Virus record (IMG/VR): IMGVR_UViG_3300046492_000199 | Direction: 5' to 3' (one strand) | Length of the DNA stretch: 64,000 nucleotides | From: a virus | Shown: positions 23,068 to 32,227 of the stretch, one piece after another | How positions within the stretch are numbered: position 1 is the first letter of the stretch | How the letters are laid out: every line of letters begins with the position of its first letter | Made by a program: the position numbers and the translations under genes | The notes under the pieces: generated by a model | The model's input: the letters and a program-made list of their open reading frames with translations, nothing else | The model's database searches: none | Told to the model about the DNA's origin: nothing

Positions 23068-23315
23068 TGGTCCAAGAGAATGGATTCGAACCACCAACCC
23101 CACGTTTTCTACCAATCCTTTTCAATTCCATTGTCGCGGTACTAAGTCTCTTTCATGAGTTGATCTGACTCACTACTTAATCCTTTTCAACGGCAATGTC
23201 CTATCCAATTCCATCTAATGCTGTAACACGATTTGTCACATCGTTGCACTAAATAAGGCCGTGGTGCTCTACCTGCTACCTTTTGACACAAGGCATACTT
23301 TGGAGCTACCCTTGG
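23068..23315 (-). ncRNA. tRNA-like RNA A (248 nt) with a 155-nt anticodon-loop insert and a 33-nt D-loop
   Basis: Acceptor CCAAGGG/CTCTTGG plus ACCA; D-stem GCTC/GAGC; anticodon stem CCACG/CGTGG; T-arm GGTGG-TTCGAAT-CCATT; insert 23105-23259. Confidence 0.85.
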
Positions 23316-23350
23316 TTGAAACAAAAAGACTTTCGTCCTCTTGTTATTCC

Positions 23351-23379
23351 TATGTAAGACATTCGTTTCGTTTTGTCAA
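23351..23379 (-). promoter_or_regulatory. promoter for the tRNA-like RNA pair
   Basis: TTGACA(23379-23374)-17-TACATA, 35 nt upstream of the RNA A 5' end. Confidence 0.7.
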
Positions 23380-23463
23380 ACAGTTTTTTCAGTCTCTTCG
23401 AAATTAATTTTTATAACTTCTTCAAACCTGTGAAGACTTGGTCAAAAATTTCTTGTTCGGTCA

Positions 23464-23850
23464 TTAGATATATTTCTCCACCTTAACGTAGTGTTCTTTC
23501 GCCGTCTCAATGAGACGTTGCTTCATATCTGCTGGACTTTTGGCAAAATCGTGAGCCCGCTGTAACTCGCGTAGGAACCAAATCAGGTTCTCAGAAAAAT
23601 TATCCATAAAGTATCTCACGCCAGTAACAGCCATACTTTCAAATTCTTCCTTGTAATCCGCATCTGGCAAGATATGCCCTGCGGCGCAGCGGCAATCATT
23701 AGCACCGCGATACTTGCACTGAATATAACTTGGATCAATATCCCACATCACACCTACCTGCTCAGGCACGACAGACTTGATAAAACCCTGCTTTTCAAGG
23801 GCGCTAAACACGACGTGAAAAAGTTCTTGCTCATTCGAAAATTGTGTCAT
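23464..23850 (-). CDS. hypothetical protein, paralog of 23831-24172
   Basis: L.KQGF..C.YR..RCAAG.ILPD.DY..QRAHD shared with the neighbour. Confidence 0.75.
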   Translation of the reverse strand: MTQFSNEQELFHVVFSALEKQGFIKSVVPEQVGVMWDIDPSYIQCKYRGANDCRCAAGHILPDADYKEEFESMAVTGVRYFMDNFSENLIWFLRELQRAHDFAKSPADMKQRLIETAKEHYVKVEKYI

Positions 23851-24172
23851 CTGGTATCTCCAATTCGTGGCGCAGTCCTAGCTGTTGAAGCCTGTACCGC
23901 ATCTCTTCAATCATCATTGATTCATCGTGAATTTCTTGAATTTCCTCGATAAAGTCAATATGTTCCATGTCTTTAAAGAAGTCAAGCTCTTTAATGAGGA
24001 AGCCTTCCATTTTACGAGCATTATAATCACTATCAGGAATGAGCCAGCCAGCGGTACATCGGAGCTTTTTCCGTTTATTTCTATACCTGCACTCATATCC
24101 ATCGGTGCATTGGCGGAAACCTTGAGACTTCATCCCGAGATAAATTTTATCGAAGATTTCTTGACGTGTCAT
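23831..24172 (-). CDS. hypothetical protein, paralog of 23464-23850
   Basis: MKSQGFRQC..CRYR..RCTAGWLIPDSDY..QEIHD. Confidence 0.75.
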   Translation of the reverse strand: MTRQEIFDKIYLGMKSQGFRQCTDGYECRYRNKRKKLRCTAGWLIPDSDYNARKMEGFLIKELDFFKDMEHIDFIEEIQEIHDESMMIEEMRYRLQQLGLRHELEIPDDTIFE

Positions 24173-24506
24173 TTTATTTTCTTAAGAAATAGTTAAGATC
24201 ATAAGTGTCGTGGTGACACAGACTAACTCGGTTCCAATGATTGAAATCAATCTTCTCATAATTTTTATCGTCTAGAACATCTTCTAAATGATTTAAAAAT
24301 TCAAGGACAGTTTCAAAATATTCTGTGAATTGTTCGTTAGTAATCTCAGCCATTAATCACAATATCCCATGTAATAGGCCCAAACAACGTTCTTGCCAAA
24401 GAGAATAGAATTGGATAAACCGCAATGGTAACTCGCCACGGCCTTGGCATAGAGCCCGAGACCGGAGAGGATGATTAATATAGTGATTACAATAACGGGT
24501 AGGATG

Positions 24507-25346
24507 TTACGCATATGGTTTAATAATACCTTCAGCTAGAGCTTTTTTGAAACGCTCAACATAATTTTCGTTATACATTTCTAACACGGTGAAGTAATTC
24601 TCATAAGCGAAGGTCCGCCACCAGCCTGAGCTAATCGAGGTGCAAACTTTCTCTAACGCCATTTTAAATGACCTAAATGGGTCAGGCTCGAAATTATGCG
24701 GAATTTGTGATCGTTCCAAGGCTAACGTGTATGTCTCTTCTAATACAGTCGCTAGTTGTAATTCTTCCGTAAGACTAAAGAATCGTTCTTTGGAACAGAA
24801 CACGTCAGCTTTATCCGCTTTGATTTTTTCAAACGCGGGCACATCAAAAAGCTTTACTGCTTCGTGAATTGTGTCATGATCATAAATGTAAGGGAAATTA
24901 TCAGTAAAGAAATCTTGTTTTGATCTGTTCAACGCTGGATGAGAATAATCGTAAGTAACTTTGGACCGCGCCTTGAGCCAATCCGTAAGCTGCCACGGCA
25001 CAGTTGCTCCCCGTTCCCGCAACGTCCTGATATCCTTCATTGTTTTAAGGAAATGCGGACTATTTTTTAAAAAGCGGTGTGACATTTTTAAAGTTAAAAG
25101 TACGCCGGGACTAGCCTCATCATGTCCAACGATACGTAGTAGTTCTTGACCCGTTTCAGACGTGTCAAATTCAATCGGCACGGAGCCCGTCATGAAGATT
25201 GTCTCGCCAAACTTTGTAGGTTTGGCGAGAACGATTTTATCACTATTTATTTCTTTAAAAAGTTCTAACTCACCCGGAGTTGCGATATAGTCGATATCCC
25301 TAGGAGTACGACCGAAATCAAAGGCATGAGAACCAACTAAAAGCAT
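24507..25346 (-). CDS. Pol-beta-superfamily nucleotidyltransferase-like phage protein
   Basis: N-terminal LLVGS..RTPRDIDY (hGS..DxD); C-terminal LYxHD-like IYDHDTIHEAV and VLEETY. Confidence 0.65.
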   Translation of the reverse strand: MLLVGSHAFDFGRTPRDIDYIATPGELELFKEINSDKIVLAKPTKFGETIFMTGSVPIEFDTSETGQELLRIVGHDEASPGVLLTLKMSHRFLKNSPHFLKTMKDIRTLRERGATVPWQLTDWLKARSKVTYDYSHPALNRSKQDFFTDNFPYIYDHDTIHEAVKLFDVPAFEKIKADKADVFCSKERFFSLTEELQLATVLEETYTLALERSQIPHNFEPDPFRSFKMALEKVCTSISSGWWRTFAYENYFTVLEMYNENYVERFKKALAEGIIKPYA

Positions 25347-25367
25347 AACGTACTCCTTATCTTCTAT

Positions 25368-25508
25368 TTAGTAGCAGCTAGAGCTTTCCCAAGCGGTCCA
25401 GTCATCATAAATTTCTGCTTCTTCAAGAGCTTCAGCAATAATGGTGCGCTGCTCCACAGTCAATTCAACACCGGAGCGAAGTAGTTCAAGGGCTTCAGTC
25501 TTAGTCAT
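25368..25508 (-). CDS. 46-aa acidic peptide ending WESSSCY (not in the ORF track)
   Basis: Translated by hand: MTKTEALELLRSGVELTVEQRTIIAEALEEAEIYDDWTAWESSSCY; SD AAAAGGA; matches the C-terminal half of 25544-25837. Confidence 0.7.
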   Translation of the reverse strand: MTKTEALELLRSGVELTVEQRTIIAEALEEAEIYDDWTAWESSSCY

Positions 25509-25543
25509 AATGTATTTCCTTTTTATTTAGGTTAAAGTTTTGA

Positions 25544-25837
25544 TTAGCACATAGATGATGAAGAAACCCAACCAAAGTTTTCTTCGTCATAATCATCTTC
25601 GTCTGTTTCTAGGACTTCTGCAATGGCATCTTTTTGCGACGAAGTTAGTTCTACCCCTGAATTCAGGAGTGCCAAAGCGTTCTCTTTATCCATCGCGGGA
25701 CGGTAGGTTCCACCCATTCCGTAAGCAACGTCAAAATCAAATTCAATAAAATTTTTATCTGCAATATCTTCTGCGGCATGAAGTGAGGCATAGGCCTCAG
25801 CAACTAGGCCATCAATTTGTTCTTGTGGTGTAGTCAT
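25544..25837 (-). CDS. small acidic protein ending WVSSSSMC
   Basis: FDVAYGMGGTY..ALALLNSGVELT..WVSSSSMC. Confidence 0.7.
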   Translation of the reverse strand: MTTPQEQIDGLVAEAYASLHAAEDIADKNFIEFDFDVAYGMGGTYRPAMDKENALALLNSGVELTSSQKDAIAEVLETDEDDYDEENFGWVSSSSMC

Positions 25838-28336
25838 TAAACATTTCTTCCATAATTTTTAAAACATTTACTCTAGGATATTCAGCCACGATGGCGTCAC
25901 AGTCCATCATATCGTCTACTCTATGCTCAAGAGAAAGGGCCAACAGTTCCGATTCATAACCGTTCCGACAAGCATTTTCCCAAGATTCTTTAATTAATTC
26001 ACGCAATACTTCCATTTCGTTCTTCTTTGGTATAATTTAGTGGTACGACCCAATGTGAGCCCACGCCATACGTTTCATTAAGTATTTCACAAACTTTCAA
26101 CGCGTCGGAATGCTTATCACATTCGTAACTGCCATAAATTCTAACGGATGTTGCAGGGTAATTAAAATCCCATTTAATTTCAGCCATCAAATCTTCGTCA
26201 TGCATTATAAATACTCCTCACATAAAACCTTCCCATTACCCTCCTCGATAAATTCGAGAACAGCGCTTTCCATCCACCAGCCACAGCTGTCGCAACACTC
26301 AAGGCTGGGACGGCAGTTCAACAACTCGTCTTCCCAATCCAGCCCTTCGTCTAGGCTAAGGGCTTCACATGCCATACCTATGGTCTGACACGTTCCGTCA
26401 AGGAATGCAGCCATAGCTTCTCGATCTTCACTGAGAGACATGTTAAGACCCTTCTCCAAAGTTTTCAGAGTCGCGATATGCAAGAGCCTTTTCTTGCTGT
26501 TCCTGTGTCAAGGTGGCCCAAAATCCAGCTGCCTCGCGAGGCGCATCAGTTTCCCTCATGATAAGCGCGATCATGTCTTCCCTGACCCTACCGCTGCAAT
26601 AGCGCTTCATGACAAAATATAGCTCATCCATCGTGAGCTTGGCCAAGTCTTGGTCATTGATCGTGCCGTCATGCTTGATGACGATGCGCTTCCCGTCACC
26701 AACGACTAACATCATGCCGTGGTACATCTTCTTGAACGCCATTTATAGCAGGCCTTTTTTGCCGGTCAGCTTCTCGATGGCGTACTGCTTCTTTGCCTCA
26801 TCCATCGCAGTGATGGAGCACGCCTCGTTGATCTTATAGACCGGGAGTTGCTTCATATATTTAGGCATCTCTGTGACGCAATTATCGAAGATTCTTTTGG
26901 CTATTGCTTCTGTCCTACCTGCCTCGGTTTGAGGCAGGCCTAAGTTGTCCCTAAAGACATATGCCATAGAACCTAATAGAGGGATGGCTAGAACGATAAA
27001 CGGCACGACAATATTCTTATGCATTGACAAGTCCTCCTATGTTATACTACTAGAAGGACATTACGCATGATTCTGCGACATGTGTCAAGTAGTAATATTA
27101 TCGATACCTACGAATTTAAGGTCAGCGATTAGCTGTTCTTTTGATTCATAGCCCATGGTAGAGATAGACTTATCGCCAAAGATATCTTGGATCATGGCGG
27201 ACCAGCCGTGGAAATCTCCACCAGCCGCTTCGAAATCAAGCACTGCGTTGGCCTCATCAATGACGATATCCAGTTCCATCAGAGCTTCTTCAATCTCTAG
27301 AAGATTGGCAGGGATAGGGTCTCCGAAAAAGTTCCGCTTCATTCTCCGTCCTCTTTATCTCTCAGTTCATCAATCGCTTGTTGCACATCATCTATGTTTC
27401 GATACTCTTCATCTAGTAAAATCTTTCTAAACGGCTTGTACCACCACTTGCACCGAATCTTATACCGACGCGGCCCCATGACTTGAATTAAATATTTTAC
27501 CATGATACGCGGATTACATAATTCCCTTCTTCGATCCAACCCTCATTGGCGGCATGAGTCATGACAATCCGACGATTACGACCCATACTTAGCCAGCCAG
27601 TATTTAAGAATTCATCAAGAGCCTTTTGATCCCATTGATCAAGGTTTTCTCTCTTCACTGAGACGGTATAATCTGAGTGATTATCTGCATCACCCACTTC
27701 AACAGATTTACCAATCTTTTTGGAAAGGTAAAGGGCCAGATCAAAAGCATCAACAAAATTCGTTGTCTGAACTTCCATTTTCAAACCATCTGCCGCCACG
27801 TTTCGCCCTCCTCTGAAATTTTATACAAATCGAAATCCCATGCATCAAGATATCCAGCTTCCCAATCCTGATATTCGAACTGCGACATTTTGTATGGATT
27901 TTCGCCCCTGTCAGACCCAAAGAAATATGCGTCATAACCTTCTTCGAATGCCCTACTCTGTTCCACTTTCCGGTTCCTCCTTTTCTTCGCCCTCGACTGT
28001 AACGATGTTAGCGTTTTTAGCAAAATATCTGATTCCATTTGACAAGTCAATGGTTATACCGTCTGGATAACGCTTGAACAAAGTGCCTTCATACTTGTCC
28101 CGGTGATACGCGTCCCAAACTACAGCGGTTGCCATATCAGTAACGCCTCGCTAATTCTTGCCTAATCATTTCAATCTTAAGCGCTGCGCCGTGCCAGCTT
28201 TCGCCAATTTCAGCGCTATGATCTTCTAGCGCGATTTGCCATTCCAATGCGGAGCGCAGCTGAGCCGTTGTCATGGCGGATGCTTCTTGGCTCAATCTCT
28301 GGCGGCGCTCTTCCCTAGCTCTCTCATAATAGCTCA

Positions 28337-28750
28337 TTATATCATTCCCTTCACAACTTTCGAAGCCGTTTTACCGTCATACGATCCGGCGTAATTGTCT
28401 TTGAGATATTTCATCAAAGAACCCATGACCTTCTCTGTACCACTTTTTTCGAGAATGTCAAGTATCTCTGTCTCACTAAGTTGCTTTGGAAGGAAAGATT
28501 CGATAATTTCCCTCTCGCGAAGTGATTTAGCGTTCTCAGGAACTACTAGCAAAAATTCAACCACCTTCTTTTCAAAAGATTTAAGGACTTTGACAGTGCC
28601 TTCCTCTGTCACTACCTTGACCCCGTCAATCATCTTAGCGTTAGATTCGATTTCACCAATGATGGTTGAGAGGAAGGCAGATGTTTCAGTGTCGCGAGCC
28701 TTACGGCTTTCGAGGAACTTGGATCGGATCAGAGTTAGTGTGTCACTCAT
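28337..28750 (-). CDS. GatB/YqeY domain protein
   Basis: SRKARD..LSTIIGEI..EREIIESFLPKQLSETEI..MGSLMKYLK..YDGKTASKVVK; SD AAGGAG before the ATG at 28750. Confidence 0.8.
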   Translation of the reverse strand: MSDTLTLIRSKFLESRKARDTETSAFLSTIIGEIESNAKMIDGVKVVTEEGTVKVLKSFEKKVVEFLLVVPENAKSLREREIIESFLPKQLSETEILDILEKSGTEKVMGSLMKYLKDNYAGSYDGKTASKVVKGMI

Positions 28751-29398
28751 TGTTTTCTCCTTGTGATTCTTGCATGAAGTCGGAGACACGGCCATGATAT
28801 TCGCCCTGCTCCTCCACATTGCTTTTCTTGTATATGTAATTGAAGTCATCGGTCAAGAATTTAACCTGACCCTGATTGGGATTTTCAGTATTACAGAGGT
28901 TAAACAGGGACAAGAATCTTTTCCACATTTCGTCAATTTTGTTCATGTATGCCTCCTTTATTAAAATTTTCGATACGGCGTTTCTCGGACGTGTGAGAAA
29001 TTGATCCTAATACCTTCTAGGATAATGTGAGGCGGGTACATTTCTCCGCGCCTGTCGTGCCTGACATTGGCATGGCCAACGTATTTAGCTATGTCCCAAA
29101 ACACACATGACGCAACGTCTATCTCTATCACAGCTATGGTTCCGCTTTCTTGGAATCGGCCTCTGGCATAACGTATCACATCTAGGACAGCTTCAAAGTC
29201 TTTCCCATCTTCCATACTAAATTCCAAAAATTTCTTGCAGAACTTCGTTGGGAGTAATTTCCCCTTTTTGAAATCTGGCAAACACTTGAGAGCTTTCTGC
29301 ATCATATAGTTCAGGAATTTCGTCGCGATCCACTTTACGTGCCAGATCGGCGCGACCTACACCTACTAACCAAGGCTTTAGGTATTCTTTTATATGCA

Positions 29399-30142
29399 TT
29401 ACTTCAAATCCTCTCCATTTACTGGACTACATGTCGCGCTCAACAAATGAGGGTAAATTTCCCAATTACGCATCAGGAGCTTTAACCTGAAGCCGTATGA
29501 CGTTGTGGTACAAATATTAAGGCCGGGAGGAACGGTAGCACTGACATAGTCGCTGTAGAACAGGCCATGGCCGTGCACCAAGCTCCAAAGGTGGTTGAAC
29601 AACGTGCCTTCGATTCGAAAATAGATAGTGTCGTTCTCATCCAATGGAAGGCGTGTCGCGCCTTGAACAGAGTGAATGTTGTTTTCCGAATCAATTTCTT
29701 GGCTGTTATGGAGGTAGATCGTCTCGTTGACTTTTGCGGTCAGGCCGTAACTCACCGTCTCTCCGACGAAGAATGTCAGGGGCCACAGGAAGAACCAAAC
29801 AAAAATCACAGTGCTGGTCAAAAACGCTCCGGCTCTCACTTTTGAGAACCGGAGATTTTCGAATTCGTCCCGCCGATACACGACAAGGCTCCAAAGGCGT
29901 CTGTACTGCTTCAGGAGCTTCCAGAACGGCCAACGCACAACTTTCCATGTCGGAACACCCACGTTCCAGAACGACCACTGACACGCAGCTATGACCTGAA
30001 GAATGAACCTATGGAACATGTTCAAGTCTTCCGACATTCGCTCTATCCGGGATTCCGATTTTACCTTGGTCCTGTCTCGCTCAATTTTTTCTTGAGTCTC
30101 TCTGGCCCGCCGCATCTGTTCAAGAAGATCGTTGTCAGCCAT
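29399..30142 (-). CDS. membrane protein translationally coupled to the Clp ATPase
   Basis: Hydrophobic segments (FILQVIAACQWSFWNVGV; AGAFLTSTVIFVWFFLWPLTFFVG); start overlaps the Clp stop at 30142. Confidence 0.7.
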   Translation of the reverse strand: MADNDLLEQMRRARETQEKIERDRTKVKSESRIERMSEDLNMFHRFILQVIAACQWSFWNVGVPTWKVVRWPFWKLLKQYRRLWSLVVYRRDEFENLRFSKVRAGAFLTSTVIFVWFFLWPLTFFVGETVSYGLTAKVNETIYLHNSQEIDSENNIHSVQGATRLPLDENDTIYFRIEGTLFNHLWSLVHGHGLFYSDYVSATVPPGLNICTTTSYGFRLKLLMRNWEIYPHLLSATCSPVNGEDLK

Positions 30143-32139
30143 TATTGTTCCTTCTCCACCTTAAATGATTTTGTTTCAGTATCATACCTTACAAAGAGCT
30201 TACCTGTAAAGCCATCAAGAGAGAAATCAGCGAAAATAGGTTCAAGATTGGTTTCGATATATCCCGGCAAGCCACGAGCCCCTTTGACAGGGTCGTAATG
30301 ATCGGCACAGAAGTTTGTAATCGTGTTTCCCTGAATAGTGATAATAATCTCTTCCTCGCCGTAGACGTTAGAAATTTTATTAATTTCACGCATCACGATA
30401 TGTTCGATATGCTCTACTTCAAGCTTTCTGAAGCAAACAATGTTCTCACGACCCGCAAATCTGTTAAGAAATTCAGGACGATAGGTATTGTTAAGGTCTT
30501 CGAATGCAAGAGTTTCAGCTTCTTCCCACGTCAATTCCTCATTGAGGAAATGTGGCTGACCAATATTCGTTGTCATGATAATGATGGAATCCGCGAACGA
30601 AACGGTACGGCCCAAGTTATCAGTGAGGCGACCATCAGAAAGAATCTGAAGGAAGAGATTGAAAATCTGCGGATCAGCCTTTTCGATCTCATCGAAGAGG
30701 AGAATCTGATTAGGATTGTTCCGCATCAAATTGGTCAAAATACCACCAGCCTCGGCCAACTCGTAACCCGGAGGTGCACCGATAAGCTTTGCCACGGCAT
30801 GCTTTTCCGAGTATTCTGACATATCGAAACGCGCCAGAGATTTCTCACTACCTAAGAGAATTGAGGCAAGAGCCTTTGCAATTTCGGTTTTACCGACACC
30901 AGATGGCCCGAGGAACATGAACGCGGCTTGTGGAGATTCCTTATTTCGACGCACCGCCCGAGCCACCTTAACGGCATTAGCCAACTTGCCCACTGCTAGA
31001 GGCTGTCCAAAGACACGCTGCCCCAACTCTGCCTCAAGACCCTTCAGCTTTTCGCGCTCGTTTTCATTAAGCTTCGACGCCGCAATGCCAGAAATCATGG
31101 CAAACTCTTCCGTCACCATTTCCTTTGTCAGACGTAGATTGGCATTGATTTCTAGCTTTAATTTATCAAATTCTGCCTTATTCGCATCAACTACTTTTTG
31201 GAATTCTTTAATAGTTTTGCGAAGTTCAACAACGGCGGGAGGCTCAATTCCGATATTGAAACTATCACCCTTTTCCTTGATTTCTTTTAGCCGCTGCTCG
31301 ATATTTTCTTCAAGGTTGGCGATTTCAATTTCACCATCTCTTTTATTTTTATTAAATTCGCGCAATTTTGCAGAAACAGTTTCGTCTAGACCGGCATGAG
31401 CTTTGAGACGGTAACTGGCAAGGGCGCGATCCAGAAGCGTGACGCTACGCTCTGGCTGAGCACGGCTTAGACCGGGATCGCGGGTACGATATTTGTTCGT
31501 AAGTGCAATCGCCTCAAGAATAGCATCATCATTAATCGCAATTTCATGATATTTGGCTAGACCTTCAGACGCCTTCGTGACAATCTCATGAAGAGCTTCT
31601 TTGACAGGCTCAATCACGTCCATCATTGTGAAACATTCTTTTAGATCACTATGGACCCTCATGACAGTTTCAGCATCTTCGTCACGTGTCTCAAAGATGA
31701 CCTGTGTCAGATTCCGCTTCACTGCCGACATAAGATCGTTGATGAAATGAACCGCGCCGTTGTTTCGACACGCCTCAATGAAATCACGAGTGTCTTCGAT
31801 AATCAGAATGGAATCAGGTGTCTTTTCGAGGCGAGCCATGATCTTTCGGAAATCTTCGCTCGTCTTATTGGAATCACCGGACGAGAAAAGCCTATCAGTA
31901 TCGAGCCAGAACAGTCGCTTTGCCACGATATCGAACGGCGCATCTGGATCAGCCTTCTTCATCTGAAGCCCGAGGCAGAGCGCGGTAATGCCTACACCAC
32001 CGGGACCGACAAGTACGACAGAATTTGCCGCGCTTCGCATCAAAATAGCGCTTAACCTATCCAAATCGTGATTTCTACCAACGAGATTGAAACCTACGTG
32101 CTGCGCCAGATATTCAGAACCGCGAATCAGATAATCCAA
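30142..32139 (-). CDS. ClpB-like Hsp100 AAA+ ATPase lacking the N-domain, with degenerate NBD1
   Basis: NBD2: FLGPSGVGKTE, DMSEY.EKH, LIGAPPGY, LLFDEIEKA, GRLTD, RPEFLNR, GAR. NBD1: GPGGVGIT, LIIED, DLKECF. Central coiled coil; no IGF/IGL loop. Confidence 0.85.
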   Translation of the reverse strand: MDYLIRGSEYLAQHVGFNLVGRNHDLDRLSAILMRSAANSVVLVGPGGVGITALCLGLQMKKADPDAPFDIVAKRLFWLDTDRLFSSGDSNKTSEDFRKIMARLEKTPDSILIIEDTRDFIEACRNNGAVHFINDLMSAVKRNLTQVIFETRDEDAETVMRVHSDLKECFTMMDVIEPVKEALHEIVTKASEGLAKYHEIAINDDAILEAIALTNKYRTRDPGLSRAQPERSVTLLDRALASYRLKAHAGLDETVSAKLREFNKNKRDGEIEIANLEENIEQRLKEIKEKGDSFNIGIEPPAVVELRKTIKEFQKVVDANKAEFDKLKLEINANLRLTKEMVTEEFAMISGIAASKLNENEREKLKGLEAELGQRVFGQPLAVGKLANAVKVARAVRRNKESPQAAFMFLGPSGVGKTEIAKALASILLGSEKSLARFDMSEYSEKHAVAKLIGAPPGYELAEAGGILTNLMRNNPNQILLFDEIEKADPQIFNLFLQILSDGRLTDNLGRTVSFADSIIIMTTNIGQPHFLNEELTWEEAETLAFEDLNNTYRPEFLNRFAGRENIVCFRKLEVEHIEHIVMREINKISNVYGEEEIIITIQGNTITNFCADHYDPVKGARGLPGYIETNLEPIFADFSLDGFTGKLFVRYDTETKSFKVEKEQ

Positions 32140-32174
32140 AATTTTTCTCCTTAAGTTCTTTTAGATAGATATGA

Positions 32175-32213
32175 TTAAGGCGCTATTTAAAGCGCCTTAA
32201 GTGATTTTGTCAA
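32175..32213 (-). promoter_or_regulatory. promoter with an inverted repeat around the -10, upstream of the Clp gene
   Basis: TTGACA(32213-32208)-17-TTAAAT; TTAAGGCGCT/AGCGCCTTAA flanks the -10 hexamer exactly. Confidence 0.55.
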
Positions 32214-32227
32214 GTGATTCTCTTCGT

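Noticed and set aside
23215-23250. H-type pseudoknot in RNA A (ACGAT/ATCGT with GTGAC/GTTAC)
   Set aside because: The connecting loops would be 0 nt, which is sterically implausible; these are more likely alternative pairings.
22804-23315. Ordinary tRNA genes with group I introns
   Set aside because: The inserts are only 155 nt, no P7-type conserved elements were found by eye, and no single excision gives a canonical Y32-U33 seven-nt loop (the 5' loop edges are AGC and GCC). A covariance-model search is still needed to close this.
22804-23315. Canonical tmRNA (ssrA)
   Set aside because: No G3-U70 alanine determinant, intact D-stems, far shorter than tmRNA, and no ALAA-type degron. Only tmRNA-like features are claimed.
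26200-27030. Locally more GC-rich patch suggesting a mobile insertion
   Set aside because: No integrase, att-like repeat or boundary was seen, and composition was only judged by eye.
30142-32139. ClpA/ClpX-type protease subunit or T6SS ClpV
   Set aside because: No IGF/IGL ClpP-docking loop, no N-domain, and no ClpP or T6SS genes in the window.
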